Below, one piece after another: positions 29,356 through 38,291 of a stretch of DNA of 64,000 bases. Under the pieces are notes generated by a model. The model did no database searches. It was not told where the DNA came from and saw only the letters and a program-made list of their open reading frames with translations. This stretch comes from Actinomycetota bacterium. GTDB lineage: Bacteria; Actinomycetota; Acidimicrobiia; Spongiisociales; UBA4744. The stretch is from positions 12-64,011 of the forward strand of contig JAADGS010000036.1 of assembly GCA_013152275.1 (NCBI GenBank). The letters run 5' to 3'. The first letter of the stretch is position 1. Each line of letters starts with the position of its first letter. The position numbers and the translations under genes were made by a program.

Positions 29356-30267
29356 CTATTCGGCGATGAGGCGCTGAGCGGTCTCGATATCGGTCACGAG
29401 GCCGTTGAGCAAGTTGCCGCGCAACGCTCCCCGCAGCGCTTCGACCTTGTCGGGCCCTCCCGCTATCCCGACCCGCACGGGGATCATCGAGAAGCTCTCC
29501 AGGTTGAGTGCCAGCACGAGGTCGGTCACCGGCGAATCCACCGGAGAACCGTCTTTGTCGAAGAAGTGGGCGTTGATGTCGCCGACGGCTCCGGCAGCCT
29601 TCAGCTCGTCGGCCTGCTCCTTGGTGAGTGTTCCGGTCAACATGATGGAACTTCCGGGGGTCGATCCTCCGACGCCGACGAGGGCGAGATCGCACGTCCT
29701 TGCCATGTCGAACACCCGTTGGACGTCGGGCTCCGATCGCAGCATCATCGCCGTCTCGCGTGCCTGGGGCAGGACCGGAACGGCGAGGTCATGCGAGGAA
29801 CCGCCGAACTTGTGAGCCAATTCAAGAGCGATATTGCTTGGCGTTGGTGGCACGACAAGACCGGGATTCGTTCCCTGGAGCGGAATGAACTCGGCGGATA
29901 CGCTCGACGAGGGCTTCATGTACGAGACTGCCAGGGCCAGGGTTGTCGAAAGCCCCACGCCGATCCGCATGCCGTTGGTGATGAGATGCACGATGCAGTC
30001 GGCGGCCAGGTGGGCGATCGGATCGGCCCGGTTTGCGGAGTTGGTGGGTGCAACCCAGACATGGTCGAGGTCGTACTTGTCGGCGAGGGCGTTCTCCTCG
30101 GCGATGAAGAGACCCTCATCGGTGTGCACCTCGATGGTCACGATGCCAACCCGACGCGCCTCGGCGAGAGCACGGGTGACACGGATGCGGGAGACCCCCA
30201 ACAGATCGGCGATCTCTTGGTGGGTGAGGTCGTACTCGTAGTAAAGGCGAGCAACACGTCCGAGCAC
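29356..30267 (-). CDS. SorC/DeoR-family sugar-binding transcriptional regulator
   Basis: N-terminal VARLYYEYDLTHQEIADLLGVSRIRVTRALAEARRVGIV plus a sugar-bind domain. GTG start. Confidence 0.9.
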   Translation of the reverse strand: MLGRVARLYYEYDLTHQEIADLLGVSRIRVTRALAEARRVGIVTIEVHTDEGLFIAEENALADKYDLDHVWVAPTNSANRADPIAHLAADCIVHLITNGMRIGVGLSTTLALAVSYMKPSSSVSAEFIPLQGTNPGLVVPPTPSNIALELAHKFGGSSHDLAVPVLPQARETAMMLRSEPDVQRVFDMARTCDLALVGVGGSTPGSSIMLTGTLTKEQADELKAAGAVGDINAHFFDKDGSPVDSPVTDLVLALNLESFSMIPVRVGIAGGPDKVEALRGALRGNLLNGLVTDIETAQRLIAE

Positions 30268-30451
30268 TAGGGTCCACTCCTACCTGTTGTTGGACGAAAG
30301 TTCGTGGACAGACTAGAGCCCCGACTCGGCCGGCGCGGGGTCGGTCGATTCGCAAGATGCCTCCGGACGGTACCGTGGGTTCGTTGGTTTTGCATTACTC
30401 CCGCCACTCATTTTGAACACTGGTGCGACCACCTGTACCATTGTACACCGA

Positions 30452-31618
30452 ATGAAGGGTCATCACACACCTGTCTCGCCCTTGTCGCCGGTCCGGCTCG
30501 CCTTGTCCGGGGAGCGCTTCGGGGCGGTCTATGCCTTGGTCGGGGACAGGGAATCCGTGAGGAGGGTTGCCGACCAGCTCGTTGTTGAGCAGACGATCGA
30601 GTTTCCGCGTGATCTCGTGCCCGATGACGACATCCAGCGCGAAGTGATCGCGCACATCGAGCGGCTCGACGAGGTGGGAGACGGGGCGTTCGAACTGGAG
30701 GTGTCCTTTGCCGTCGAGTTGGCCGGCGGACTCCTCTCCCAGCTTCTCAATGTTCTCTTTGGGAACATCTCGATGGTCGCCGGCGTCCGCCTTGTCGACG
30801 TTGCCTTACCCGCGAGCCTGCTCGCGAACTTCGCCGGACCTCGCAACGGTATCGAAGGGCTCCGAAGGTTGTTCGATCGAGAGACGGGCCCGCTTCTGGC
30901 AACCGCGCTGAAACCGATGGGCACCCCTGTGGGCGATCTGGCCGGTTTCGCCTTCGATCTTGCCGCGAACGGAATCGACCTGATCAAGGAAGATCACTCC
31001 TTCGCAACCCAGCCGTTTCTTCCGTTTGCGGACCGCGTTCCGGTCTTGGCCGAGGCAGTGCGGCGGGGAGCTGACGTGCGGGGCGCACCGGCGGTCTTCC
31101 TTCCGGCCTTGAATGTGGCACACGAGGATGTCGAATCTTCCATAGATCTCTGCATCGAAGCCGGAGCCGGGGGCGTGTTGGTGCTTCCAGGGTTGGGAGG
31201 TCATGACACGATGCGGTGGATTGCCGGCAATACTCCCGACGACTTCGTCATACAGGCGCATCCGGCATTCCTCGGTTCTTTCGTCACATCCCCGGATTCC
31301 GGGATAGCGCATGAAGTGCTGTTCGGTGTGTTTCCCCGCCTCGCCGGCGCCGACATGTCCATCTTTCCGAATTTCGGAGGCCGGTTCAGCTTCTCTCGAG
31401 ACGCCTGTTCGCGTATCGCCGAACGGTGTCGATCGCCTCTGGGAAACCTCCGAGCGGTGTGGCCTGCTCCGGCAGGAGGCATGAGTGTGGAGAAGGTGGG
31501 TGCAACGCTCGAGTTCTACGGGCCCGACACGACCCTGTTGATCGGAGGCGAGCTGTATCGAGGGTCGATCGAAGAACAGGTGAAGCGGATGGTGGACGCA
31601 GCTCTGGAAGGACAATGA
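30452..31618 (+). CDS. RuBisCO-like protein (form IV large-subunit homolog)
   Basis: RuBisCO large-chain core with TALKPMG (cf. KPKLG), GIDLIKEDHSF (cf. FTKDDE) and PAPAGGM. The start may be 30413 (TTG) or 30452 (ATG). Confidence 0.85.
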   Translation: MKGHHTPVSPLSPVRLALSGERFGAVYALVGDRESVRRVADQLVVEQTIEFPRDLVPDDDIQREVIAHIERLDEVGDGAFELEVSFAVELAGGLLSQLLNVLFGNISMVAGVRLVDVALPASLLANFAGPRNGIEGLRRLFDRETGPLLATALKPMGTPVGDLAGFAFDLAANGIDLIKEDHSFATQPFLPFADRVPVLAEAVRRGADVRGAPAVFLPALNVAHEDVESSIDLCIEAGAGGVLVLPGLGGHDTMRWIAGNTPDDFVIQAHPAFLGSFVTSPDSGIAHEVLFGVFPRLAGADMSIFPNFGGRFSFSRDACSRIAERCRSPLGNLRAVWPAPAGGMSVEKVGATLEFYGPDTTLLIGGELYRGSIEEQVKRMVDAALEGQ

Positions 31619-32532
31619 TGGAAGATTGGAAGGTCGAGGTCAGCCAGGCTGCACTCGGGATCCGGCGGCAGGTTCTGGACTACACGGTCCGTAACGGTGG
31701 TGGGTACTTGAGCCAGGCCTGCTCCTCGGCGGAGCTGTTCGCTTTGCTGTACCTGCGGATCATGAACATCGGGCCGAGCGAGGCTCCGATGGTCCCGGAA
31801 CCGTTCCTTGGAGTGCCGGGACCGAAGAACCTCAACTACCGAACGGGGGCGGCGTACAACGGACCGATCGCCCCGGATCTGGACCGCTTCATCCTGTCCC
31901 CGTCGCACTATGCGCTCGTTCACTACGCAACGCTGGTCGAGGTGGGTCGCATGTCGGCAGAGGGATTGGCGATGTTCAATCAGGACGGCCAGTCGGTGGA
32001 GATGATTGCAGCAGAGCATTCTCCCGGCAGCGAAGTGATGGGTGGCTCCCTGGGACAGGCCCTGAGCCAGGCGTCGGGCATCGCCTTTGCCAGGAGGCTC
32101 AAGGGCGACACCGGTCGTGTCTGGGTGTTCATGTCCGATGGCGAGTTCCAGGAAGGGCAGACCTGGGAGGCGATCGAAGTCATGTCGTTCCAGAACCTGG
32201 ACAACATCGGCATCTATGTGGATGTCAACGGTCAGCAGGTCGATGGGCGGATGGAAGATGTCATGCGGATCGAGCCCTTGGCAAGTCGCCTCGAAGCGTT
32301 CGGTGCCCGCACATTCTCGGTGGATGGGCACGATCTCGACGCTCTTGCCGAGCCTGCAACGCTGGATCCCGACGGTCGTCCCCTGGTTGTTCTGGCCTAC
32401 ACCGACCCCTGTCGCGGAATCCCACTTCTCGAGGAGCGACGGCCGATGCTTCATTACGTCCGGTTCAAGAGTGAGGACGAACGACAGATGTACGCGAACA
32501 CGCTCGCCGGCTGGCAGAAAGGCGTCCACTGA
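31615..32532 (+). CDS. transketolase, N-terminal (TPP-binding) subunit
   Basis: ATGA overlap with the RLP stop. GSLGQALSQASGIA and MSDGEFQEGQTWEA motifs. Confidence 0.9.
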   Translation: MMEDWKVEVSQAALGIRRQVLDYTVRNGGGYLSQACSSAELFALLYLRIMNIGPSEAPMVPEPFLGVPGPKNLNYRTGAAYNGPIAPDLDRFILSPSHYALVHYATLVEVGRMSAEGLAMFNQDGQSVEMIAAEHSPGSEVMGGSLGQALSQASGIAFARRLKGDTGRVWVFMSDGEFQEGQTWEAIEVMSFQNLDNIGIYVDVNGQQVDGRMEDVMRIEPLASRLEAFGARTFSVDGHDLDALAEPATLDPDGRPLVVLAYTDPCRGIPLLEERRPMLHYVRFKSEDERQMYANTLAGWQKGVH

Positions 32533-33539
32533 TGGAGATGGTTGCGAACGCTCACGAACGAACCTTTGTCGAGTGGGCCAAGGACAAACCGGAGGTGCTC
32601 GTCCTCTCTGCCGACCTGACAAGCTCGGTGGAGATCAGGCTCTTCAAGCAGACCTACCCCGAACGATTCATATCGATGGGCCTGACCGAGCAGCACATGA
32701 TGAGTTTTGCCGCCGGTTTGGCTCGCGAGGGCTATTACCCGTTCCTGCACACCTTTGCGGTATTCCTCTACCGGCGTCCTTACGACCAGCTGGCGATGTC
32801 GGTGGCATATGCGAATCTCCCGGTACGCCTGGTCGGATTCCTGCCCGGCATCACGACACCCGGTGGTGCAAGTCACCAGGCCATCGATGACATCGGAGTC
32901 GTACGGATGCTTCCCAATATGACGATCGTCGAAGCAGGCGATGCGAGCGAGGTCGAACAGATCATCGGCGTTGCCCACCAAGTCGACGGACCCGTGTACA
33001 TCCGGCAGCTTCGAGGGGAAGTTCCGCGCCTTTTCGATCCCTCCGAGCGAATGGCGCTCGGCAGGGCCCGTCATCTCAGCACCGGGACCGACATCACCCT
33101 GTTGTCGTCCGGCATCTGCACGGAGGAGGCGATGCGAGCGACGGCGGTCCTCAAGTCGCGCGGGGTCGGTATCGAGCATTTACACGTTTCCACTCTCAAG
33201 CCCTTCGACGATCCGGCGGTTACCGAAGCGGTGGCGTCGGCAAACCGCGGTGTGATCACCATGGAGAATCATTCCGTGGTCGGGGGCCTGGGCTCGGCGG
33301 TGGCCGACCTGATTGCAGAGAACGGACTCGGTTCCCATTTGCGCAAGATCGGCTTGCGCGACACATTTGCCCATGGCGCCTCTCGTCCTTATCTGATGAA
33401 GCACTATGGTCTCGATGCCACGGCTCTGGTTCGGGAAGTGGAACAGGCCATCGGGGAACCGTTGGGGATCACGGCGGACGATCTCGCCTCCGCCCGTCTG
33501 GATGCTGTGCACAGCCTCGCAAAGGCAGAGGCACTGTAG
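32532..33539 (+). CDS. transketolase, C-terminal (pyrimidine-binding) subunit
   Basis: TGATG overlap. GLTEQHMMSFAAGLA motif, followed by a C-terminal transketolase domain. Confidence 0.9.
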   Translation: MEMVANAHERTFVEWAKDKPEVLVLSADLTSSVEIRLFKQTYPERFISMGLTEQHMMSFAAGLAREGYYPFLHTFAVFLYRRPYDQLAMSVAYANLPVRLVGFLPGITTPGGASHQAIDDIGVVRMLPNMTIVEAGDASEVEQIIGVAHQVDGPVYIRQLRGEVPRLFDPSERMALGRARHLSTGTDITLLSSGICTEEAMRATAVLKSRGVGIEHLHVSTLKPFDDPAVTEAVASANRGVITMENHSVVGGLGSAVADLIAENGLGSHLRKIGLRDTFAHGASRPYLMKHYGLDATALVREVEQAIGEPLGITADDLASARLDAVHSLAKAEAL

Positions 33540-33765
33540 GTCCATCGTCATCGCCGACGTCGTGTTTGTCGCCGAGCACGAGTGCCGCATCGGAACCGCA
33601 GGAGGCGAACTCTTTCAAGATCGGGAATGGTGGTTTCCCGAAGTCCCTACAACCGACCTTGCCGACGCCCCGGGCCCCGACCCGCCGGCCGGGCGCCTTC
33701 CCATCGAGTCGGAGGCAATCTCATCCTTCTCGTCCCTGATCGGCTGCTGCCCACCTCCGTATCGG

Positions 33766-33915
33766 GGCTTCTGGTCACTTCGGTCTTGCTGGGCAGGTGG
33801 CCGGCTGTGTCCGTGACGGAGGGCAGGAACGGACGGCGCTCCTTCACGGCCAAGTTCATGGGGGTGGATTCGTGATGTTCCTTGCAGGAAGGACCCTTGC
33901 CTTCGTCAAACAGGC
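33766..33915 (+). pseudogene. remnant of a paralog of permease 16916..18016 (internal deletion plus frameshift)
   Basis: The DNA aligns by eye to 17015-17068 and then directly to 17918-18016 of the intact gene. Translation reads LLVTSVLLGRWPAVSVTE|GRNGRRSFTAKFMG, then a 1-nt deletion gives a stop. Confidence 0.65.
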
Positions 33916-34115
33916 ATGGCCCAGAGGCTCGATCGGGAGGAGCATCGGTGGGAGGTCGATGTCGGAGAAACCACCTCTGAGAGGTCGGCGACGTGTGATG
34001 GTGGCGCTTCCCCTTGCGCTCAGCCGCAAAGAATGCGGTTCTCCACTCATGGGCGATCGACGGCAACCGTGCGGGCGCGGTTCAGCATCCTCCATGGTTT
34101 GCCGATAGCAGGTTC

Positions 34116-35225
34116 ATGAGTCTCAGGGCGGTGATCGTGGCGCTGGCCTTGGTGGTTGGCGGCTGCACCGTCGCAGACACGGCGCCGTCATCGACCGCGG
34201 TTGCATCCACGGTGACGGTGTCCAGCACGTCGATCGCTCCCGTCTCCGGCGAGCGGACGCCTACCACCCGCTGGGGTTTCGTTCCCTTTCCCGCCGGCCC
34301 GAACGAACAGTCCGTCGGTGACGCGTTTCGGTTTGTTGCTGCCGAAGGTGACCTCGTCGCCTTCCATTTCGACGACGGAATACCTTGGGAGGGCCTGCTG
34401 GCGGACTCCGACCTGCCACCGGCGCTCGTCGGGGAGATGGCGTCCCTGAAGGCGTTCGCCGCGCAGAACCCGCAACTCGGCGTGTATGTCGCGACCGCCA
34501 TCACCGACCAGACTCGCAGCGGTATCCCCGGTTCGTGGAGGGCAGGGGGCCCGCCGGCGTCGGTCGCCGGGCGGTCATTCGACGACCCGGAGGTCCGGGA
34601 GGGGATTCGGCGTTGGGTGCGGTACCTGGCCGACGAGTTCGAACCGGACTGGTTCAACCTGGCTGTCGAGATCAACATGTACGAAGTTGCCCAGCCGACG
34701 GACTATCCGAATCTCGTGTCGCTGTACCGGGAGTTGTACGAAGAAATCAAGGCGGCACACCCCAAGACCGTGGTTTTCGCATCGTTCCAGATGGAACTGG
34801 GCGACCCTCGTGCCGCAGCCGACCTCGTCGACACTCTCGACATCATCGGCATCTCCACGTATCCATACGTGACAGGGAACGGCTTTCCTGCGGAGGAGTA
34901 CTTCGATTCCATCGCCGATCTCGGTCTGCCCCTTGCGGTGGCCGAGACCGGGTATCCGGCGGCGGCGCTCCCCACTCTGGCAGGCAGACAGACGTTCTCG
35001 CCATCCGACCAGGCCGACTACGTCGAATGGCTGGGGCGGAGGGCAGAGACGCCGGGTCTGGTCTTCGTGGCCTGGTTCTTCCCGACCGACATCACCGCCT
35101 GGATCGACGCACTTCCCCCGTCGGAGCAGGACGTGCCGCGTCTCTTCGAATCTCTCGGTATGCGCACCGCCGACGGAACCGCCCGACCGGCTCTCGACGT
35201 GTGGCGCAGGTTGGTCTCACCTTGA
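34116..35225 (+). CDS. secreted lipoprotein, clan GH-A-like glycoside hydrolase (tentative)
   Basis: Lipobox VVGGC. TIM-barrel-like pattern with NLAVEINMY (acid/base-like E) and LAVAETGYP (nucleophile-like E). Confidence 0.6.
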   Translation: MSLRAVIVALALVVGGCTVADTAPSSTAVASTVTVSSTSIAPVSGERTPTTRWGFVPFPAGPNEQSVGDAFRFVAAEGDLVAFHFDDGIPWEGLLADSDLPPALVGEMASLKAFAAQNPQLGVYVATAITDQTRSGIPGSWRAGGPPASVAGRSFDDPEVREGIRRWVRYLADEFEPDWFNLAVEINMYEVAQPTDYPNLVSLYRELYEEIKAAHPKTVVFASFQMELGDPRAAADLVDTLDIIGISTYPYVTGNGFPAEEYFDSIADLGLPLAVAETGYPAAALPTLAGRQTFSPSDQADYVEWLGRRAETPGLVFVAWFFPTDITAWIDALPPSEQDVPRLFESLGMRTADGTARPALDVWRRLVSP

Positions 35226-35681
35226 CCGGCGGGTAGCTCGCCGTGGCGGATGGCCGTGAGCCGTCACCCGGTCGTGTTCGTCGATCTCGCCGTGGTGGTC
35301 GAAGCTCGACGGCACGACTTCCGTCGGCGGGCTCGGGTCCGGAGGAGAGTTCACGCCGACGATCTGCCTGCACGAGGACGGTCCCTGCTCCTCGTGTCTG
35401 GAACCATGTTCGGCCGCACCTGAGACTGTCGCAGATGCCGATTTCGCCTCCATGCCGTGTTGCCCCCACACGAGAGATGCCCAGGAAGGGAACAGGTGCC
35501 TTCGAGTCCTGCTTCTGTCTGCGGCGATTCGGAGAATCGAGCCGGTTCGGGTTTGTCGGACACCATCACGTCCTTCGAGGTTCAGATCGATCCTGCACTT
35601 CTGCCCGTACCGGGCCGGTGCCTGACGATCACGTATCGGTCACCTCGTGCTCAGGCTCGATATCCCAGGTGTCTCGCAGCG

Positions 35682-38261
35682 TCACACGGCCAGCTCGGCC
35701 GCTGCAACACCTGTCGCTTGAGTCCCTTGGCGTAGGCACAGTTCCTTCAGGTTCATTGCCAGGAGTGGTGTGATCGTGAGAGCATCCATCGGTCGGGCGA
35801 AGAGGTAACCCTGGCCCGTACGGCACCCCAACTGGCGAAGCCACTGGAACTCTTCGGGTGTCTCGATGCCCTCGGCCACCGTGCTCAACCCGAGGATGTC
35901 GCCGATTTGTACGATCAGGCGTGCAAGCGGGGATTGCTGTTCGAGTGCCGCCCCATGAACGAACGTCCGGTCGATCTTGACGATGTCGATTGGTAGCCGG
36001 TGCAGGTACGCCAACGACGAGTACCCGGTCCCGAAGTCATCCAATGCAATCCGGATTCCGAGTTCTTTGAGCTGGTGGAGGACCTGCGTGTATGGCTGCA
36101 GCATCACGTTCTCGGTGATCTCGACGACGAGGTATTGCGCGTCGAGTCCCGACTCGGTGAGGGCCCGGCGTACCTCGTCGATGATGTCTGGCTCCTCCAA
36201 CTCCCGGGGAGAGAGGTTGACCGAGATAGTGGGCTTGGACCCTTTGCTCTCGTCATGCCAGCGGCGCATCTGACGGCAGGCAGTGGGCAGGACCCACCGT
36301 CCCAGCGCGACGATCTGTCCGGACTGTTCGGCTGCAGGGATGAACATGTCGGGGAAGAGGAGACCGCGTTCCGGATGGTTCCATCGGACGAGTGCTTCCA
36401 CGCCGGTAACGCGGCCGGTCTCCAGGTTCACGATGGGTTGGTAGTGGAGGACGAGTTCGTTGCGTTCAATGGCCAGAGCGAGTTCCGTATGCAGCATCGC
36501 AGCGCCTATCCACCGGTCCTGGAAACCCTCTTCGAACACCTGATAGGATCCCTTGCACCTGCTCTTGGCGGCGTACATGGCCTGGTCGGCGCGATGGATC
36601 AGCTCTTCGGGGCCCAGGTTCGCTTCCACCAGGGCGATTCCCAGACTCGCTTGGGCCGTGACGGCCTGACCGGCGATGACGAGCGACTCCTTGAGTGACT
36701 CGGCGATTCGTGCGGCCACGACGGTGGCGTCGCCGGGTGCGGAGAGGTGATCCAACAAGATGGCGAATTCATCGCCACCCAGTCGGGCGACCGTATCTTC
36801 GGGCCGACAGCAGGCTTCGAGACGGCGCGCCACCCTGATCAGGACCTGGTCGCCGGCCACGTGGCCCAGCGTGTCGTTGATCGTCTTGAAATCGTCGAGA
36901 TCGAGGACCAGCACCGCCGATTGTCTGTCTTGTGTGTTTGCCATTTCGAGTGCTTCTGTGAGTCGCTCCCAAAGAAGGGCTCGGTTCGCCAGTCCGGTGA
37001 GGACGTCATGAAGAGCCCGGTCTCGGAGGTCGTCTTTCAGCTTCGTAACCTGCGCGAGGGAATCTTCGAGCCTTCCGTTCTCCAAGGACACGGTGACCTG
37101 GCTCGCCAGAGTTTCGAGCATGCGGAGATCCTGCGCCGTGAAGTTCCGCAGGTCGCCCATCGGCTCGCTCACGACCATCACGCCATTGACTTTCCCTGGT
37201 CCGTGCACCGGTACCAACATCCGATGCCGCCCATTCGACCGCCGCGCGTGTTGATCGGATCCACACGACAGGAGGCGTGAGCGACCCGAGTTCAACACGT
37301 CTCGCCATGCCTCGCCACCGGTGTCCGGTTCGATACGGTGGATGACCCGCGTGTGTTCATCGGGTCCGGCGGCGGCCAGAAAACCGTCACCGTTCGGACC
37401 AGTCGGGAAGACACGGAGCTCGGCACGTTCCGCGTCGAACATCGACCGGGCGTGTGTGACGGCTGCAAGCATTGCGGCTTCGACCTGGGGCGACCGGTGC
37501 AGAGCCCGGGTTGCCTCGTACAAGCCCTGGATCCGCTGCCTTTCCTCGCGCTGTGCGACGTAGGCACGGTAGGCCAGATAGAGGGCCACCGGAGGTACCG
37601 CAGCAGTCCAGGCGGTGCCGGGTCGGGTCCACATGACGGTGACCGCCACCAAGCCCAAGGCGGCGTTGATCGCCGACGACACGGTCAGTAGCTTCAATGC
37701 GTCGATCCGCTCCGAAGCAGAGAGGTCGCCGCCGGAGAGGGCGATGGCGGTATTGACGAGCACGCTTGCGAGCACGAGCCCGACCGCAACTGCAACCAGA
37801 GTGCCGATCCAGCCGGCAACACCGAGAGGGTCTCGTGTCCCAAGGATCAGTCGAAATACGACGATGCCGATCCCGGTCTGGAGAGTGAGCATGGCAAGGT
37901 TGAACGCCGCTTTCAACGGCGACTGCCTGCGGTAGAGAATCAACGCCAACGCGTTGCCGACGATCTGCGCGGCGATCAGACCGAGCGGGTCCACGAAGTA
38001 CAGCCCCACCACCAAGGGAACTTCTCCCATGGCGAATACGTGGGCGTTCCTTCGGAACTGTAGGGATACGACGGCGACCTCACCGGCAAAAACGAGCGGC
38101 ACCATCACCATCCAGTTGAGGTGGAACGGCGCATCCAGAAGGGAGAATCCTGAAGCCACGTAAGCCAGGGCCACTGCTGCCGCACTCATGACCCCCGTGA
38201 GTGCCCACACTCTGCCCGGTCCGGTCAGGTGGCGTCGCAAGGACTGATGTGCTTCTGCCAT
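35682..38261 (-). CDS. membrane sensor diguanylate cyclase/phosphodiesterase (multi-TM, GAF, GGDEF, EAL)
   Basis: About 8 N-terminal TM segments and a GAF-like region. Motifs [27 protein letters not shown] and VAEGIET. Confidence 0.92.
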   Translation of the reverse strand: MAEAHQSLRRHLTGPGRVWALTGVMSAAAVALAYVASGFSLLDAPFHLNWMVMVPLVFAGEVAVVSLQFRRNAHVFAMGEVPLVVGLYFVDPLGLIAAQIVGNALALILYRRQSPLKAAFNLAMLTLQTGIGIVVFRLILGTRDPLGVAGWIGTLVAVAVGLVLASVLVNTAIALSGGDLSASERIDALKLLTVSSAINAALGLVAVTVMWTRPGTAWTAAVPPVALYLAYRAYVAQREERQRIQGLYEATRALHRSPQVEAAMLAAVTHARSMFDAERAELRVFPTGPNGDGFLAAAGPDEHTRVIHRIEPDTGGEAWRDVLNSGRSRLLSCGSDQHARRSNGRHRMLVPVHGPGKVNGVMVVSEPMGDLRNFTAQDLRMLETLASQVTVSLENGRLEDSLAQVTKLKDDLRDRALHDVLTGLANRALLWERLTEALEMANTQDRQSAVLVLDLDDFKTINDTLGHVAGDQVLIRVARRLEACCRPEDTVARLGGDEFAILLDHLSAPGDATVVAARIAESLKESLVIAGQAVTAQASLGIALVEANLGPEELIHRADQAMYAAKSRCKGSYQVFEEGFQDRWIGAAMLHTELALAIERNELVLHYQPIVNLETGRVTGVEALVRWNHPERGLLFPDMFIPAAEQSGQIVALGRWVLPTACRQMRRWHDESKGSKPTISVNLSPRELEEPDIIDEVRRALTESGLDAQYLVVEITENVMLQPYTQVLHQLKELGIRIALDDFGTGYSSLAYLHRLPIDIVKIDRTFVHGAALEQQSPLARLIVQIGDILGLSTVAEGIETPEEFQWLRQLGCRTGQGYLFARPMDALTITPLLAMNLKELCLRQGTQATGVAAAELAV

Positions 38262-38291
38262 TGGGTCCTCGGCACTACGCCTGGGAACAGA

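Noticed and set aside
35226-35681. ORFs in the 455-bp convergent gap (35243..35773 plus, 35217..35471 minus)
   Set aside because: They have low-complexity Arg/Ser/Pro translations, and one overlaps the end of the GGDEF-EAL gene. There are no motifs. The gap was treated as non-coding.
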